64,000 nucleotides of DNA from Oscillospiraceae bacterium (GCA_015064635.1 SVRV01000007.1:20602-84601); one strand, 5' to 3'. Shown: positions 7,248 through 16,208, counted from the first letter of the stretch. Made by a program: numbers and translations. The notes: generated by a model not told the origin, from the letters alone.

Positions 7248-8081
7248 TTACTGACCGAGAGTTTTAAGGTATTCGCGGCTCATTTTTACAGCTTCGAGAG
7301 CGGGGCGGTCAAGCGACTGGTCCTGCTCAACGATTATGTATTCTGTCGATGCCTTATCACATGCCTCGAGTATTGCGGGCATATTCTGTCTGCCCTGACC
7401 GAGGGGAAGGAACTTGAACTCATTTTCTTCTCTGGACTTCGGCTTTATCTCGTTGCCGTTTTCGTCAATAAGAGCATAGTTAGGTCCTGCACCAAGCTCC
7501 TTGCAGTCAAAGTCCTTGAGATGAACAATTGTGTTTCTGTCTGCATACTTATTTATATACTCTACGGGGTCATAGCCTGCGTAGTGTACCCAGCAGGTAT
7601 CAAGCTCGGGATTGATAAGTGTGCTGTCAAGCTCTGAATAGAGCTTGTCGAGAATTATTTCGCCGTCAATCTTCTGAAATTCAAAATCGTGGTTGTGGTA
7701 GAGAAGCTTGATTCCCGCATCCGCAAGAAGCTTTCCTACAACCTTAATATCGGCTACAAGCTTTTCAAAGCCGTCCTTTGTTGTTATCTTTTCGGGTGCC
7801 ATCCAGGGAATAGCGCAATATTCGGCACCTATTGTCTTGAGAAACTTTATATTTTCCTCGGGAGCGGTGAGGAACACATCATGTGTCTGGTGAACAGAGC
7901 GACACTTGAGTCCGTGCTTGTCAAGGAGTGCCTTTATCTCCTCTGCACTCTTTCCGAAATAGCCTGCAAACTCAACGTAGTCATAGCCCATTGCCTTAAC
8001 TGCGCCGAGTGTTGAGTCCATATCACGCTCCATATCCTGGCGTACTGAATAAAGCTGTAATCCTACCTTGAAATTCTTCAT
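7248..8081 (-). CDS. Sugar phosphate isomerase/epimerase (xylose isomerase-like TIM barrel)
   Basis: 277 aa. The N-terminus KVGLQLYSVRQDM...GYDYVEFAGYFG is typical of this family. AGGAG RBS. Confidence 0.7.
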   Translation of the reverse strand: MKNFKVGLQLYSVRQDMERDMDSTLGAVKAMGYDYVEFAGYFGKSAEEIKALLDKHGLKCRSVHQTHDVFLTAPEENIKFLKTIGAEYCAIPWMAPEKITTKDGFEKLVADIKVVGKLLADAGIKLLYHNHDFEFQKIDGEIILDKLYSELDSTLINPELDTCWVHYAGYDPVEYINKYADRNTIVHLKDFDCKELGAGPNYALIDENGNEIKPKSREENEFKFLPLGQGRQNMPAILEACDKASTEYIIVEQDQSLDRPALEAVKMSREYLKTLGQ

Positions 8082-8099
8082 AATAATACTCCTTTCAGT

Positions 8100-9086
8100 T
8101 TATAACGTTGCGGCTACAACCGCCTTAATTGTATGCATTCTGTTTTCTGCCTCGTCAAATACGATGCTCTGCTCACTTTCGAACACAGCGTTTGTTACCT
8201 CAAGCTCGGTGAGTCCGAACTTTTCATGAACCGCTCTTGCCACTGCGGTGTTCAGGTCATGATAAGCGGGAAGACAATGCATGAACACTGTTTCGGGCTT
8301 TGCCATGGACATGAGCTTTTCGTTTACCTGGTAAGGAAGAAGTGCTGTTATTCTCTCCTTCCACACCTCATCGGGCTCGCCCATTGATACCCAAACATCG
8401 GTATAGATAGCATCGGCATCGGCAACCGCCTCGGCGGGATTTTCGGTGTATTTTATAATCGCACCGCTCTTTGCTGCAAGCTTTTCGGCGGCATCCTGAA
8501 GCTCTTTTGATGGGAAATATTCTTTTGGTGCACACACTGTGAAGTTAACGCCCATAATGGCCGAGCCGATAAGCAGTGAGTTACCCATATTGAATCTGGC
8601 ATCTCCCATATAGACGAGATTTATTCCCTTGAGCTTTCCGAAATGCTCACGGATTGTGAGGAAATCGGCGAGAATCTGTGTGGGGTGGAATTCGTTTGTA
8701 AGTCCGTTCCACACGGGGACACCTGCGTATTTTGCCAGGTCCTCAACTATCTCCTGACCGAATCCTCTGTACTCGATACCGTCAAACATTCTGCCAAGCA
8801 CTCTTGCGGTATCGGCAATGCTCTCCTTTTTGCCAATCTGTGAGCCTGTGGGGTCAAGATATGTAACGCCCGCACCAAGGTCACGGCAAGCAACCTCGAA
8901 GGCACATCTTGTTCTTGTACTTGTCTTTTCAAATATAAGGGCAATGTTCTTGCCCTCGCAAAGTCTGTGAGGGATACCCTTCTTCTTTTCGTCCTTAAGC
9001 TTTGATGCAAGGTCAAGAAGGTATTCCATCTCCTCCGCTGTATAATCAAGAAGCTTCAGAAAGCTTCTTCCCTTAAGTGAAATCAT
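8100..9086 (-). CDS. argF: Ornithine carbamoyltransferase
   Basis: 328 aa with [17 protein letters not shown] and HCLP motifs. Confidence 0.92.
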   Translation of the reverse strand: MISLKGRSFLKLLDYTAEEMEYLLDLASKLKDEKKKGIPHRLCEGKNIALIFEKTSTRTRCAFEVACRDLGAGVTYLDPTGSQIGKKESIADTARVLGRMFDGIEYRGFGQEIVEDLAKYAGVPVWNGLTNEFHPTQILADFLTIREHFGKLKGINLVYMGDARFNMGNSLLIGSAIMGVNFTVCAPKEYFPSKELQDAAEKLAAKSGAIIKYTENPAEAVADADAIYTDVWVSMGEPDEVWKERITALLPYQVNEKLMSMAKPETVFMHCLPAYHDLNTAVARAVHEKFGLTELEVTNAVFESEQSIVFDEAENRMHTIKAVVAATL

Positions 9087-9272
9087 TGTATATCTCCTTT
9101 AAGTTATTATAACAGGGCTTTGCCCTGTACCCACTTAAAACCTTTTTATAAAAAGGTTTTAAGAATTCCAAAAATTTTAATGATGTTTATTCTTTAGCTT
9201 TGTTACCTTATTCTATGGAAGAAAACCGAAGGTTTTCAACCACAATTATTCATTATTCATTATTCATTATTC
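9087..9272. repeat. Intergenic mosaic hairpin element, locus A (argD/argF spacer)
   Basis: Hairpins at 9113..9127 (CAGGGCtttGCCCTG), 9135..9162 (28-nt palindrome) and 9221..9237 (GAAAACCgaaGGTTTTC), plus (ATTATTC)x4 at 9245..9272. The units recur at loci B, C, D and E. Confidence 0.85.
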
Positions 9273-10426
9273 ATTGCTTCAAGCAATACCTCTACCGCAG
9301 CCTTCAGCTCGTCCCATGTGATATTGAGGGGAGGAAGAAGTCTTACCTTATTTTTAGCCTTTATTGCAATAACGCCCTTTTCACGGCAAGCGGAAAGTAC
9401 CTCGGCAACGTCCTTTTCGCACTCGATGCCTATCATAAGACCCGCACCGCTGACACTCTTGACACCGTCGGCTCCGTTGAAGGAATCGAAGATGTATTTG
9501 CTCTTTTCTCTGACCTCGGCAAGAAGTGTGTCGTCAATTCTCGAAACAATGGAAAGTGCGCCTGCACAAGCCACGGGATTACCTCCGAAGGTTGAACCGT
9601 GGTCCCCGGGCTTCAGTGTATCCTTCACCTTTTCGCCAAGCATTGCAAGTCCAAGGGGAAGTCCTCCGCCAATGCCCTTTGCGGTGGTAACAATATCGGG
9701 TGTAATTCCGTAATTCATATAGTTATAAAGCGCTCCGCAACGTCCGTTACCCGTCTGCACCTCGTCAACAATAAGAAGGATATCTTCCTTTTTGCCTATC
9801 TCTGCAATGGCTTCAACAAAATCCTTTTCAAGAGGAAGAACTCCGCCCTCACCTTGGACGGTTTCAAACATAATAGCGGCAACCTTATTTTCCGAAACAA
9901 GACGCTTTACGTCATCAATATTATTCGCCTCGGCATAAACAAAGCCTTCTGTCAAGGGGAGGAAATCCTTATGGAAGGTATCCTGACCCGTTGCGGCAAG
10001 CATTGAAATGGTTCTGCCGTGGAAGCTGTTTTTGAGTGTTATTACCGTATTGTATTCCGCACCTTTTTTTTCTGCGGCATACTTTCTTGCCACCTTTACG
10101 GCGGTCTCGTTTGCCTCGGCACCCGAATTGGAGAAGAACACCTTCTTCATGCCCGTTCTCTTACAAAGTGTCTCCGCAAGCTTTGCGCAAGGCTCTGAAT
10201 AGAAGAGATTGGAGGTATGATGAATCTTACCGAGCTGTTCTGTTACAGCCTTTATCCACTCGTCATCGGCAACTCCGAAAACATTAACTGCAATACCTGT
10301 GCCAAGGTCTGTATATTCTTTTCCGTTTTCGTCAACTACCTTTGCGCCCTTTCCCGAAACAAGTGTTACGGGGAATCGTCCGTAGGTATTTGCGACATAT
10401 TCTTTATCAAGCTCTTGTATACTCAT
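9260..10426 (-). CDS. argD: Acetylornithine aminotransferase
   Basis: 388 aa class-III aminotransferase (DIVTTAKGIGGGLP lysine context). ATGA overlap with the argB stop. Confidence 0.9.
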   Translation of the reverse strand: MSIQELDKEYVANTYGRFPVTLVSGKGAKVVDENGKEYTDLGTGIAVNVFGVADDEWIKAVTEQLGKIHHTSNLFYSEPCAKLAETLCKRTGMKKVFFSNSGAEANETAVKVARKYAAEKKGAEYNTVITLKNSFHGRTISMLAATGQDTFHKDFLPLTEGFVYAEANNIDDVKRLVSENKVAAIMFETVQGEGGVLPLEKDFVEAIAEIGKKEDILLIVDEVQTGNGRCGALYNYMNYGITPDIVTTAKGIGGGLPLGLAMLGEKVKDTLKPGDHGSTFGGNPVACAGALSIVSRIDDTLLAEVREKSKYIFDSFNGADGVKSVSGAGLMIGIECEKDVAEVLSACREKGVIAIKAKNKVRLLPPLNITWDELKAAVEVLLEAMNNE

Positions 10427-11298
10427 TTGTTCGCCCTCTTTTCAACCACCATTGTACCTGCGCCCTCATCGGTCAGCGTTTCGATAAGTATTGAGTGAGG
10501 AATTCTTCCGTCCATTATGAATACCTTCTTAACGCCACGCTTTATCGCTTCGATACAGCATTCAACCTTGGGTATCATACCGCCCGATATAATACCGTCG
10601 TCAAAGAGCTTCTTTGCATCCTCAAGGTCAATTTCGGAAATAAGTGAGGATGGGTCATCCTTGTCCCGAAGTATTCCTGCGATATCGGTCATTGCAATAA
10701 GGCTCTCCGCCTCCATTGCACCTGCGATATATGATGCGGCGGTATCCGCATTGATGTTGTACACATTGCCATCCTTATCACATCCCACAGTTGAAACAAC
10801 GGGGATATATCCCTTTTCGAGAAGGTCAATGATGGGCTGTACATTTACATTTGTGATTCTGCCAACATATCCGAGTCTTTCATCCTTCATTTCGGCTTCA
10901 ATCATGCGTCCGTCAAGTCCGGATATACCCATTGCCTTACCGCCCTTGGATTCAAGGAGGTTTACAAGTCCTTTATTTATTTTGCCCGCAAGCACCATAA
11001 GTGCTATTTCGGCGGTTTCCTTATCCGTGACTCTGAGTCCGTCAACAAATTTGGTTTCCTTGCCGACACGGTTGAGCATATCTGTAATTTCGGGTCCTCC
11101 GCCGTGCACAAGCACGACCTTGACACCGATAAGGTGCATGAGCACAATGTCCTCCATGACATTCTGCTTGAGCTCCTCGTTTATCATGGCGTTTCCGCCG
11201 TATTTCACAACGAGTATCTTTCCGTTGTAATTCTGTATGTAAGGAAGCGCTTGGGTAAGTATTTCCGCACGCTGTGCATTTGTAACATTTAATGACAT
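10423..11298 (-). CDS. argB: Acetylglutamate kinase
   Basis: Start at MSLNVTNAQR (ATG 11298..11296, AAGGAGA RBS). AAK-family motifs VVKYGGNAM and LVHGGGPE. The longer track start falls inside the repeat element. Confidence 0.9.
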   Translation of the reverse strand: MSLNVTNAQRAEILTQALPYIQNYNGKILVVKYGGNAMINEELKQNVMEDIVLMHLIGVKVVLVHGGGPEITDMLNRVGKETKFVDGLRVTDKETAEIALMVLAGKINKGLVNLLESKGGKAMGISGLDGRMIEAEMKDERLGYVGRITNVNVQPIIDLLEKGYIPVVSTVGCDKDGNVYNINADTAASYIAGAMEAESLIAMTDIAGILRDKDDPSSLISEIDLEDAKKLFDDGIISGGMIPKVECCIEAIKRGVKKVFIMDGRIPHSILIETLTDEGAGTMVVEKRANK

Positions 11299-11516
11299 AA
11301 ATTCTCCTTTTAACCGGGGGGGCTTTGCCCTTGAACCCACTAAGAAACTATTTAATGTGTTTTTTATTATAATTCTTTGCTACCCTATCCTACGGAAGAT
11401 TTGCTGAAAGCAAATCAACCATAACGTTTGCGAAGCAAACATTTCACGTGACTTCAGTCACATTTCACCCATCCGAAGGATGGATTTCACTGACATAATG
11501 GCTCCGCCATTATGTC
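11299..11516. repeat. Intergenic mosaic hairpin element, locus B (argJ/argB spacer), including a hairpin/ATTTCAC array
   Basis: Hairpins at 11398..11416, 11426..11440, 11448..11461, 11469..11483 and 11492..11516. ATTTCAC linkers (GTGAAAT in gene sense) sit at 11441, 11462 and 11484. The last hairpin overlaps the argJ stop codon. Confidence 0.9.
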
Positions 11517-12727
11517 CTGTAATCTCCGTTAATCTTTACGTAGTCATAAGTCAGGTCACAGCCCCATGCAACAGCATTTCCGTCACCCGAGTTGAGAGAT
11601 ATAAGTATTTCGATTTCCTTTTCTGTAAGCACCTTCTTGGCAATTTCCTCCGAAAAGTCGATTCCTGCACCGTTCTCGCATACCGCAACCTCGCCTGCCG
11701 CAGAGCGGAACTTTACATCCACCTTTGTAACGTCAACATCTGCACCGCTGTAACCGATAGCGCAAAGCACTCTGCCCCAGTTTGCATCGGCACCGAACAT
11801 TGCCGCCTTGGTAAGAGATGAACAGATAACGCTCTTTGCCACGACCTTGGCTGTCGCCTCGTCCTTTGCTCCGTCAACCTTGCATTCAAGAAGCTTTGTT
11901 GCGCCCTCTCCGTCTCCCGCTATCATTCGGCAAAGGTAAACTGTTACCGAGTTGAGTGCCTTCATAAAGGCATCAAAATCCTCGCCCTCGGCATCAATGA
12001 GCTTGTTGCCCGCCATACCGTTAGCCATTACGGTTACCATGTCATTTGTGGAGGTATCTCCGTCAACACTTACCATATTGAAGGTGTTTGCGATATCGCT
12101 CTTCAATGCCTTTGACAGCATTTCGGGTGATATATTACAGTCGGTAGTAATGAACACAAGCATTGTTGCCATGTTGGGATGAATCATACCCGAGCCCTTT
12201 GCTATACCGCCTATTTTACATTCAACGCCGCCGATGTCAAAGGAAAGTGCTATTTCCTTTTTAACTGTGTCTGTTGTCATTATTGCTTCAGCCGCAAGTG
12301 CACTGTTGTCGCCAAGTCCCGCAACAAGCTCTGCCATGCCGTTTTTAACGGGTGTTACGTCAAGTCTCTGACCGATAACACCGGTGGATGCAACAACCAC
12401 ATCGGTTGCGTCAATTCCAAGCTCTGCCGCTGTTATTTCACACATTTTTGTTGCAATTTCAATGCCGTCAGCGTTGCAGGTGTTTGCGTTTCCGCTGTTA
12501 CAAACTGCCGCTCTTGCATATCCGTTTGCAATATTCTGCTTTGTGACGGTGATGGGGGCACCCTTTACAAGGTTTGTAGTATATACTGCCGCAGTGGCAG
12601 CAGGAGTCTCACTCACTATAAGGGCAAGGTCTCTCTTCGTCTTACCTGCTCTGATTCCGCAATGTATTCCGTTTGCTTTAAATCCCTTTGCGGCACAAAC
12701 GCCGCCCTGTACAGACTTAATATTCAT
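11510..12727 (-). CDS. argJ: Bifunctional glutamate N-acetyltransferase / amino-acid acetyltransferase
   Basis: 405 aa ArgJ family with the self-cleavage region HPNMATMLVFITTD. Confidence 0.92.
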   Translation of the reverse strand: MNIKSVQGGVCAAKGFKANGIHCGIRAGKTKRDLALIVSETPAATAAVYTTNLVKGAPITVTKQNIANGYARAAVCNSGNANTCNADGIEIATKMCEITAAELGIDATDVVVASTGVIGQRLDVTPVKNGMAELVAGLGDNSALAAEAIMTTDTVKKEIALSFDIGGVECKIGGIAKGSGMIHPNMATMLVFITTDCNISPEMLSKALKSDIANTFNMVSVDGDTSTNDMVTVMANGMAGNKLIDAEGEDFDAFMKALNSVTVYLCRMIAGDGEGATKLLECKVDGAKDEATAKVVAKSVICSSLTKAAMFGADANWGRVLCAIGYSGADVDVTKVDVKFRSAAGEVAVCENGAGIDFSEEIAKKVLTEKEIEILISLNSGDGNAVAWGCDLTYDYVKINGDYRT

Positions 12728-12916
12728 ATATATCTCCTTAAAGTTTAGTTATCTTACGGTGTTATTTTTGGGTGAAAACCGAAACAATGCACAGTGCTCA
12801 GTGCACAATGCACAATTAAGGAAGATTTTGCGAAAGCAAAATCAGCCAAAATTATTCGTGATTCATTATTCATTATTCACTATTCATTATTCATTGCATA
12901 ACGCACAGCGTTATGC
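12728..12916. repeat. Intergenic mosaic hairpin element, locus C (argC/argJ spacer)
   Basis: A 5' UTR cassette at 12728..12783 is shared with the GH43 gene. Hairpin at 12824..12843. (ATTATTC)-type heptamers x6 at 12851..12892. Hairpin GCATAACGCacaGCGTTATGC at 12896..12916 abuts the argC stop. Confidence 0.9.
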
Positions 12917-13843
12917 CTATATCTCAAGTCCTGTTTCGGCGGGGAGTCCCATTGCAAGATTGAGACATTCTATTGCCGCACCCGATGCACCCTTACCAAG
13001 GTTGTCATACTGTGCAATAAGGAGAATTCTCTCCTCGTTGCCTGCAACGGACACGGTCATGGAATCCTTGAATCCCATAGAAAGTCCCGACACAAATCCG
13101 TCGGCTGACGCTTCGTCAATATACTTTACAAGGGGTGTGTTGTATTTATCCTTATATATCTTCTTTATATCCTCGGCGCTTCCATTAATCTGTGAAGCAA
13201 AAAGAGGTACTGTCACCGTCATACCGCTGTAAAAGTCGCTTACAACAGGCGTGAATATTGGGAATTCATCAATCCCCGTAATAGCCTTCATTTCTTTGAG
13301 ATGCTTGTGAGTCTGGGTGAGGCCGTACTGACGGGGGGCTGAAAGAAGTGTGTCTCTCTCCTCTGCCTCATACTCTGCTATCATCTTCTTACCGCCTCCG
13401 CTGTAGCCTGTAATGGAATGACAGAAGAGATTTAAGTCGGATGGAATGATTCCCGCCTTGACAAGAGGATATACAAGAGCAATAAATCCGCCTGCGTGAC
13501 AGCCGGGCACCGCAATTCTCTTGGAATTCTTGATTCTTTCCTCAAAGCTTTCGTCAAGCTCGGGGAATCCGTATGCAAATTCGGGATTGGTTCTGTGTGC
13601 CGTTGATGTGTCTATAATAACGGTACTAGGGTTATTAACCATTGCAACCGCCTCAATTGCCGCCGCATCGGGCAAGCAGAGGAAGGTCACGTCACTTTTG
13701 TTTATTATTTCGGCACGTGCCTCGGGGTCCTTACGCTTTTCCTCGGTAAGAGTGATTATTTCAAACTCACGTCTCTTTCCAAGTCGCTCGTGAATACGAA
13801 GGCCTGTCGTTCCCGCACTGCCGTCAATGAATATTTTTTTCAT
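12917..13843 (-). CDS. argC: N-acetyl-gamma-glutamyl-phosphate reductase (short type)
   Basis: Start at MKKIFIDGSAGTTGLRI (ATG 13843..13841). The 372-aa track ORF runs on into AT-rich promoter DNA. Contains the AVPGCHAGG active-site Cys region. Confidence 0.88.
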   Translation of the reverse strand: MKKIFIDGSAGTTGLRIHERLGKRREFEIITLTEEKRKDPEARAEIINKSDVTFLCLPDAAAIEAVAMVNNPSTVIIDTSTAHRTNPEFAYGFPELDESFEERIKNSKRIAVPGCHAGGFIALVYPLVKAGIIPSDLNLFCHSITGYSGGGKKMIAEYEAEERDTLLSAPRQYGLTQTHKHLKEMKAITGIDEFPIFTPVVSDFYSGMTVTVPLFASQINGSAEDIKKIYKDKYNTPLVKYIDEASADGFVSGLSMGFKDSMTVSVAGNEERILLIAQYDNLGKGASGAAIECLNLAMGLPAETGLEI

Positions 13844-13888
13844 AAAATTCGCCTCTCGTTTGATAATTATACAGTATAATAACATACT

Positions 13889-13904
13889 TTGCATAAATAT
13901 GCAA
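13889..13904. promoter_or_regulatory. Candidate ArgR (ARG-box-like) operator
   Basis: TTGCATAAATATGCAA is palindromic at 14 of 16 positions. It lies ~45 nt upstream of argC among duplicated TATAAT-containing segments. Weaker related half-sites (TGTACAGAAATACAA, TTCAAAAATATTCAAA) lie just upstream. Confidence 0.4.
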
Positions 13905-14026
13905 TAGTTTTTGAATATTTTTGAAAAATTTGTATTTCTGTACAAAAGATATACAAACAAAATTCCTATTATAGTATAATAACACTCTTTTTGGCATTTT
14001 TCAAGGGGTAAAAGGCAAAAAAATCT

Positions 14027-14065
14027 CTCACACAACCTATAAATTGCGTGAGAGAAATTCTTTTA
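14027..14065 (-). terminator. Rho-independent terminator after the DUF4838 gene
   Basis: TCTCTCAC..16 nt..GTGAGAGA, followed in the minus sense by TTTTTTT. Confidence 0.6.
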
Positions 14066-14067
14066 TT

Positions 14068-15999
14068 CTATCCGAACAGATGCCAGAAGCATACATGCAT
14101 CATATATTGGTCGTACCAAAGCTCTATCTCGGGTTCATATTTGCCAAAGTCAGCTTTAAGGTCAAGGAACAATTGGTGTGCCTCATCGTTTCTGCCCTCT
14201 GCCTTTTCAATAGTTGCGTGAAGTATCATTATGCAATATTCGAGATAATATGCAAGAAGCTTATATGCAACCGACTGCGCTCTGTAAGGTACAGCTCGGT
14301 GCTCATTTACAAAGGGTTTGAATTCCTCAATCATGGCTATTGCCTTCTTGAAGCCTTCCGCAAGGGAGGGGGCATAATACGCTCCCTTTGTATTATCGTC
14401 CGACAGCTTTCCGTTGAAGTATCTGAAGTCGGCAAGCTTTCCGAGTTTTTCGAAGAAATCCAGTACAGTTTCAAAGTCTTTACCGTATGCGTGACTGAAG
14501 TAGTCCTTCTTCAAGGCTTCAAAATCAACCGAGGTATCAAAGAGAGTTGAAGCGTATACATAATACGAAAATCCGTTGGGGAAATAGCTTCTCTGTGAGC
14601 CGTCCTCCACAATGCCGTCACATCCGTTGGACTTATATCCCTTTACATCCTCATATATTATTCTCGCGGCATCAATGACACCCAAATCTCTGTACTGTGC
14701 CTTCCAGTAGTGGTACTCATATACAAAGCTCTTTACGTCACAATGCTTCATCCAGTTATTTCCGTGAACGATATACTCATTCACGTTTGTGGGAAGCTTG
14801 TTTTTGTTTCTCACATATTGGATAGGTGTAATACTGGTAAGGTCAAGGTTTGCTTTGACGGAATCGGTATAGCTTCTCGTTATGGCTGCAACAAGAAGTG
14901 AGAAGCGGTCAGGGTTGTTGAGCTTCACCTTTTCGGGCGCCCACATGGTATCAACGTAGCAGATAAATACGATTCTTGTTTTGAGTCCTCTTTTCGTGAG
15001 CTCCGAGTCAATATCGTTCATCAGCATCATATACCAATCGGAGGGTATCATTTTCCGACACTCCTCACACTCGCAATGATTGTTTGAGCCATCGGCAAGC
15101 CAGACGTGGAGATAATCCACGTTTGTCGCCTGTTCGGCATAGTCGGCAATATAACGTGCCACTATACCTCTTGCCTCCGCATTTGACATACAGAAATTGG
15201 TATTGATCGGAACTCCTCCGAAAAGCTCTCGCTTTCCGTTCATTTCCGCAACATATGGCTTTACTTCCGCGGGAATTTGCGCTTCTTCTCCGTCCTTCAT
15301 AATCCATCCTTCGGTTGTGTCAATATCAAAGGGCTGCATTGTCCAGCTGTGTCCCATATCGTGGAACTGAAGACCTCTCTTCGACATCTCCGCTTCACAC
15401 TGACGCTTCCACTGAAGTATGGTTTCGTTTGTTACAGGCTCGGGCTCACGGGCAGGGTTTTCCTTATGCGTGTAATAAACATTGTAATAGTGCTTTGGAA
15501 TGTCAAACTCTATCATAAAGATATTCATTCCAACCTTGGGAGTGAAATCGATGGCATCCATCATAAGATGCTGAGCCTCTGCTCCCTCGTTGCACTGCCC
15601 TCTGTAACGACAGTCCGCCATTTTGTGATAGCTTACAGCCTCTATATCCTTCATGGGGATAAATTCGCCGTCAATGCCGGGGAAAAGCCAACGGCAACCG
15701 TTTATTGTAAGATATCTGTAAACCGCAAGGAGTACACTTCTGGGGTTACTTCCCGCAATTATACCGCCCTTTTCATCGCAGTCTATGTGAATTATATCGT
15801 CAAGGTACAAGTCCTCTGCCTCGGAGGTGTCAAGACCGAAATCAGACATGATACCGAGTCTGAAGCCATCTGTTGCATCAGGGGCGTAATTTATATCAAT
15901 TTCGCCACAACGGGGCATCATCATACGGAGATACTTCTTCAGCTCCTCCGCCGCAAAATCCACTGTATGATTTGAAGTTATTTTATTTATGAAGTACAT
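14068..15999 (-). CDS. DUF4838-like protein (putative glycoside-hydrolase-related)
   Basis: 643 aa with no signal peptide. The N-terminus (DFAAEELKKYLRMM..., GSNPRSVLLAVYRYL..GCRW) resembles DUF4838 family members as I recall them. Has an HCECEECRK Cys cluster. Confidence 0.5.
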   Translation of the reverse strand: MYFINKITSNHTVDFAAEELKKYLRMMMPRCGEIDINYAPDATDGFRLGIMSDFGLDTSEAEDLYLDDIIHIDCDEKGGIIAGSNPRSVLLAVYRYLTINGCRWLFPGIDGEFIPMKDIEAVSYHKMADCRYRGQCNEGAEAQHLMMDAIDFTPKVGMNIFMIEFDIPKHYYNVYYTHKENPAREPEPVTNETILQWKRQCEAEMSKRGLQFHDMGHSWTMQPFDIDTTEGWIMKDGEEAQIPAEVKPYVAEMNGKRELFGGVPINTNFCMSNAEARGIVARYIADYAEQATNVDYLHVWLADGSNNHCECEECRKMIPSDWYMMLMNDIDSELTKRGLKTRIVFICYVDTMWAPEKVKLNNPDRFSLLVAAITRSYTDSVKANLDLTSITPIQYVRNKNKLPTNVNEYIVHGNNWMKHCDVKSFVYEYHYWKAQYRDLGVIDAARIIYEDVKGYKSNGCDGIVEDGSQRSYFPNGFSYYVYASTLFDTSVDFEALKKDYFSHAYGKDFETVLDFFEKLGKLADFRYFNGKLSDDNTKGAYYAPSLAEGFKKAIAMIEEFKPFVNEHRAVPYRAQSVAYKLLAYYLEYCIMILHATIEKAEGRNDEAHQLFLDLKADFGKYEPEIELWYDQYMMHVCFWHLFG

Positions 16000-16153
16000 G
16001 AATAACTATCCTCCCGAGTATAGCCAAAGGCTGAAAAACCTTTTTGCTTTTTATTAATTTTATATCAGATTCTCATTCAGTGTCAATGGAGAATGGATAA
16101 AATGTTGTTGGAATATAAATAAAGTATAAAAGCATTTTGCTCAAAAAACATCT

Positions 16154-16182
16154 TTACAAAATCAAGCTTGTATGTTAGAATA
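16154..16182 (+). promoter_or_regulatory. Sigma-A type promoter (TTTACA-17-TAGAAT with TGn)
   Basis: TTTACAaaatcaagcttgtaTGtTAGAAT, 27 nt upstream of the lipoprotein start. Confidence 0.5.
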
Positions 16183-16208
16183 CTAAAAAATGAAAGGAAT
16201 AAAAAGCA

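Noticed and set aside
10517-11230. Long antisense ORFs opposite real genes (10517..11230, 12384..13232, 15277..15975, 44344..45066, 47140..47898, 49543..50322, 40227..40760)
   Set aside because: Each is the shadow frame of a strongly supported conserved gene (argB, argJ/argC, DUF4838, dxr, ispG/polC, polC, GH13). Their products are Ser/Pro/Arg-biased with no motifs and no RBS.
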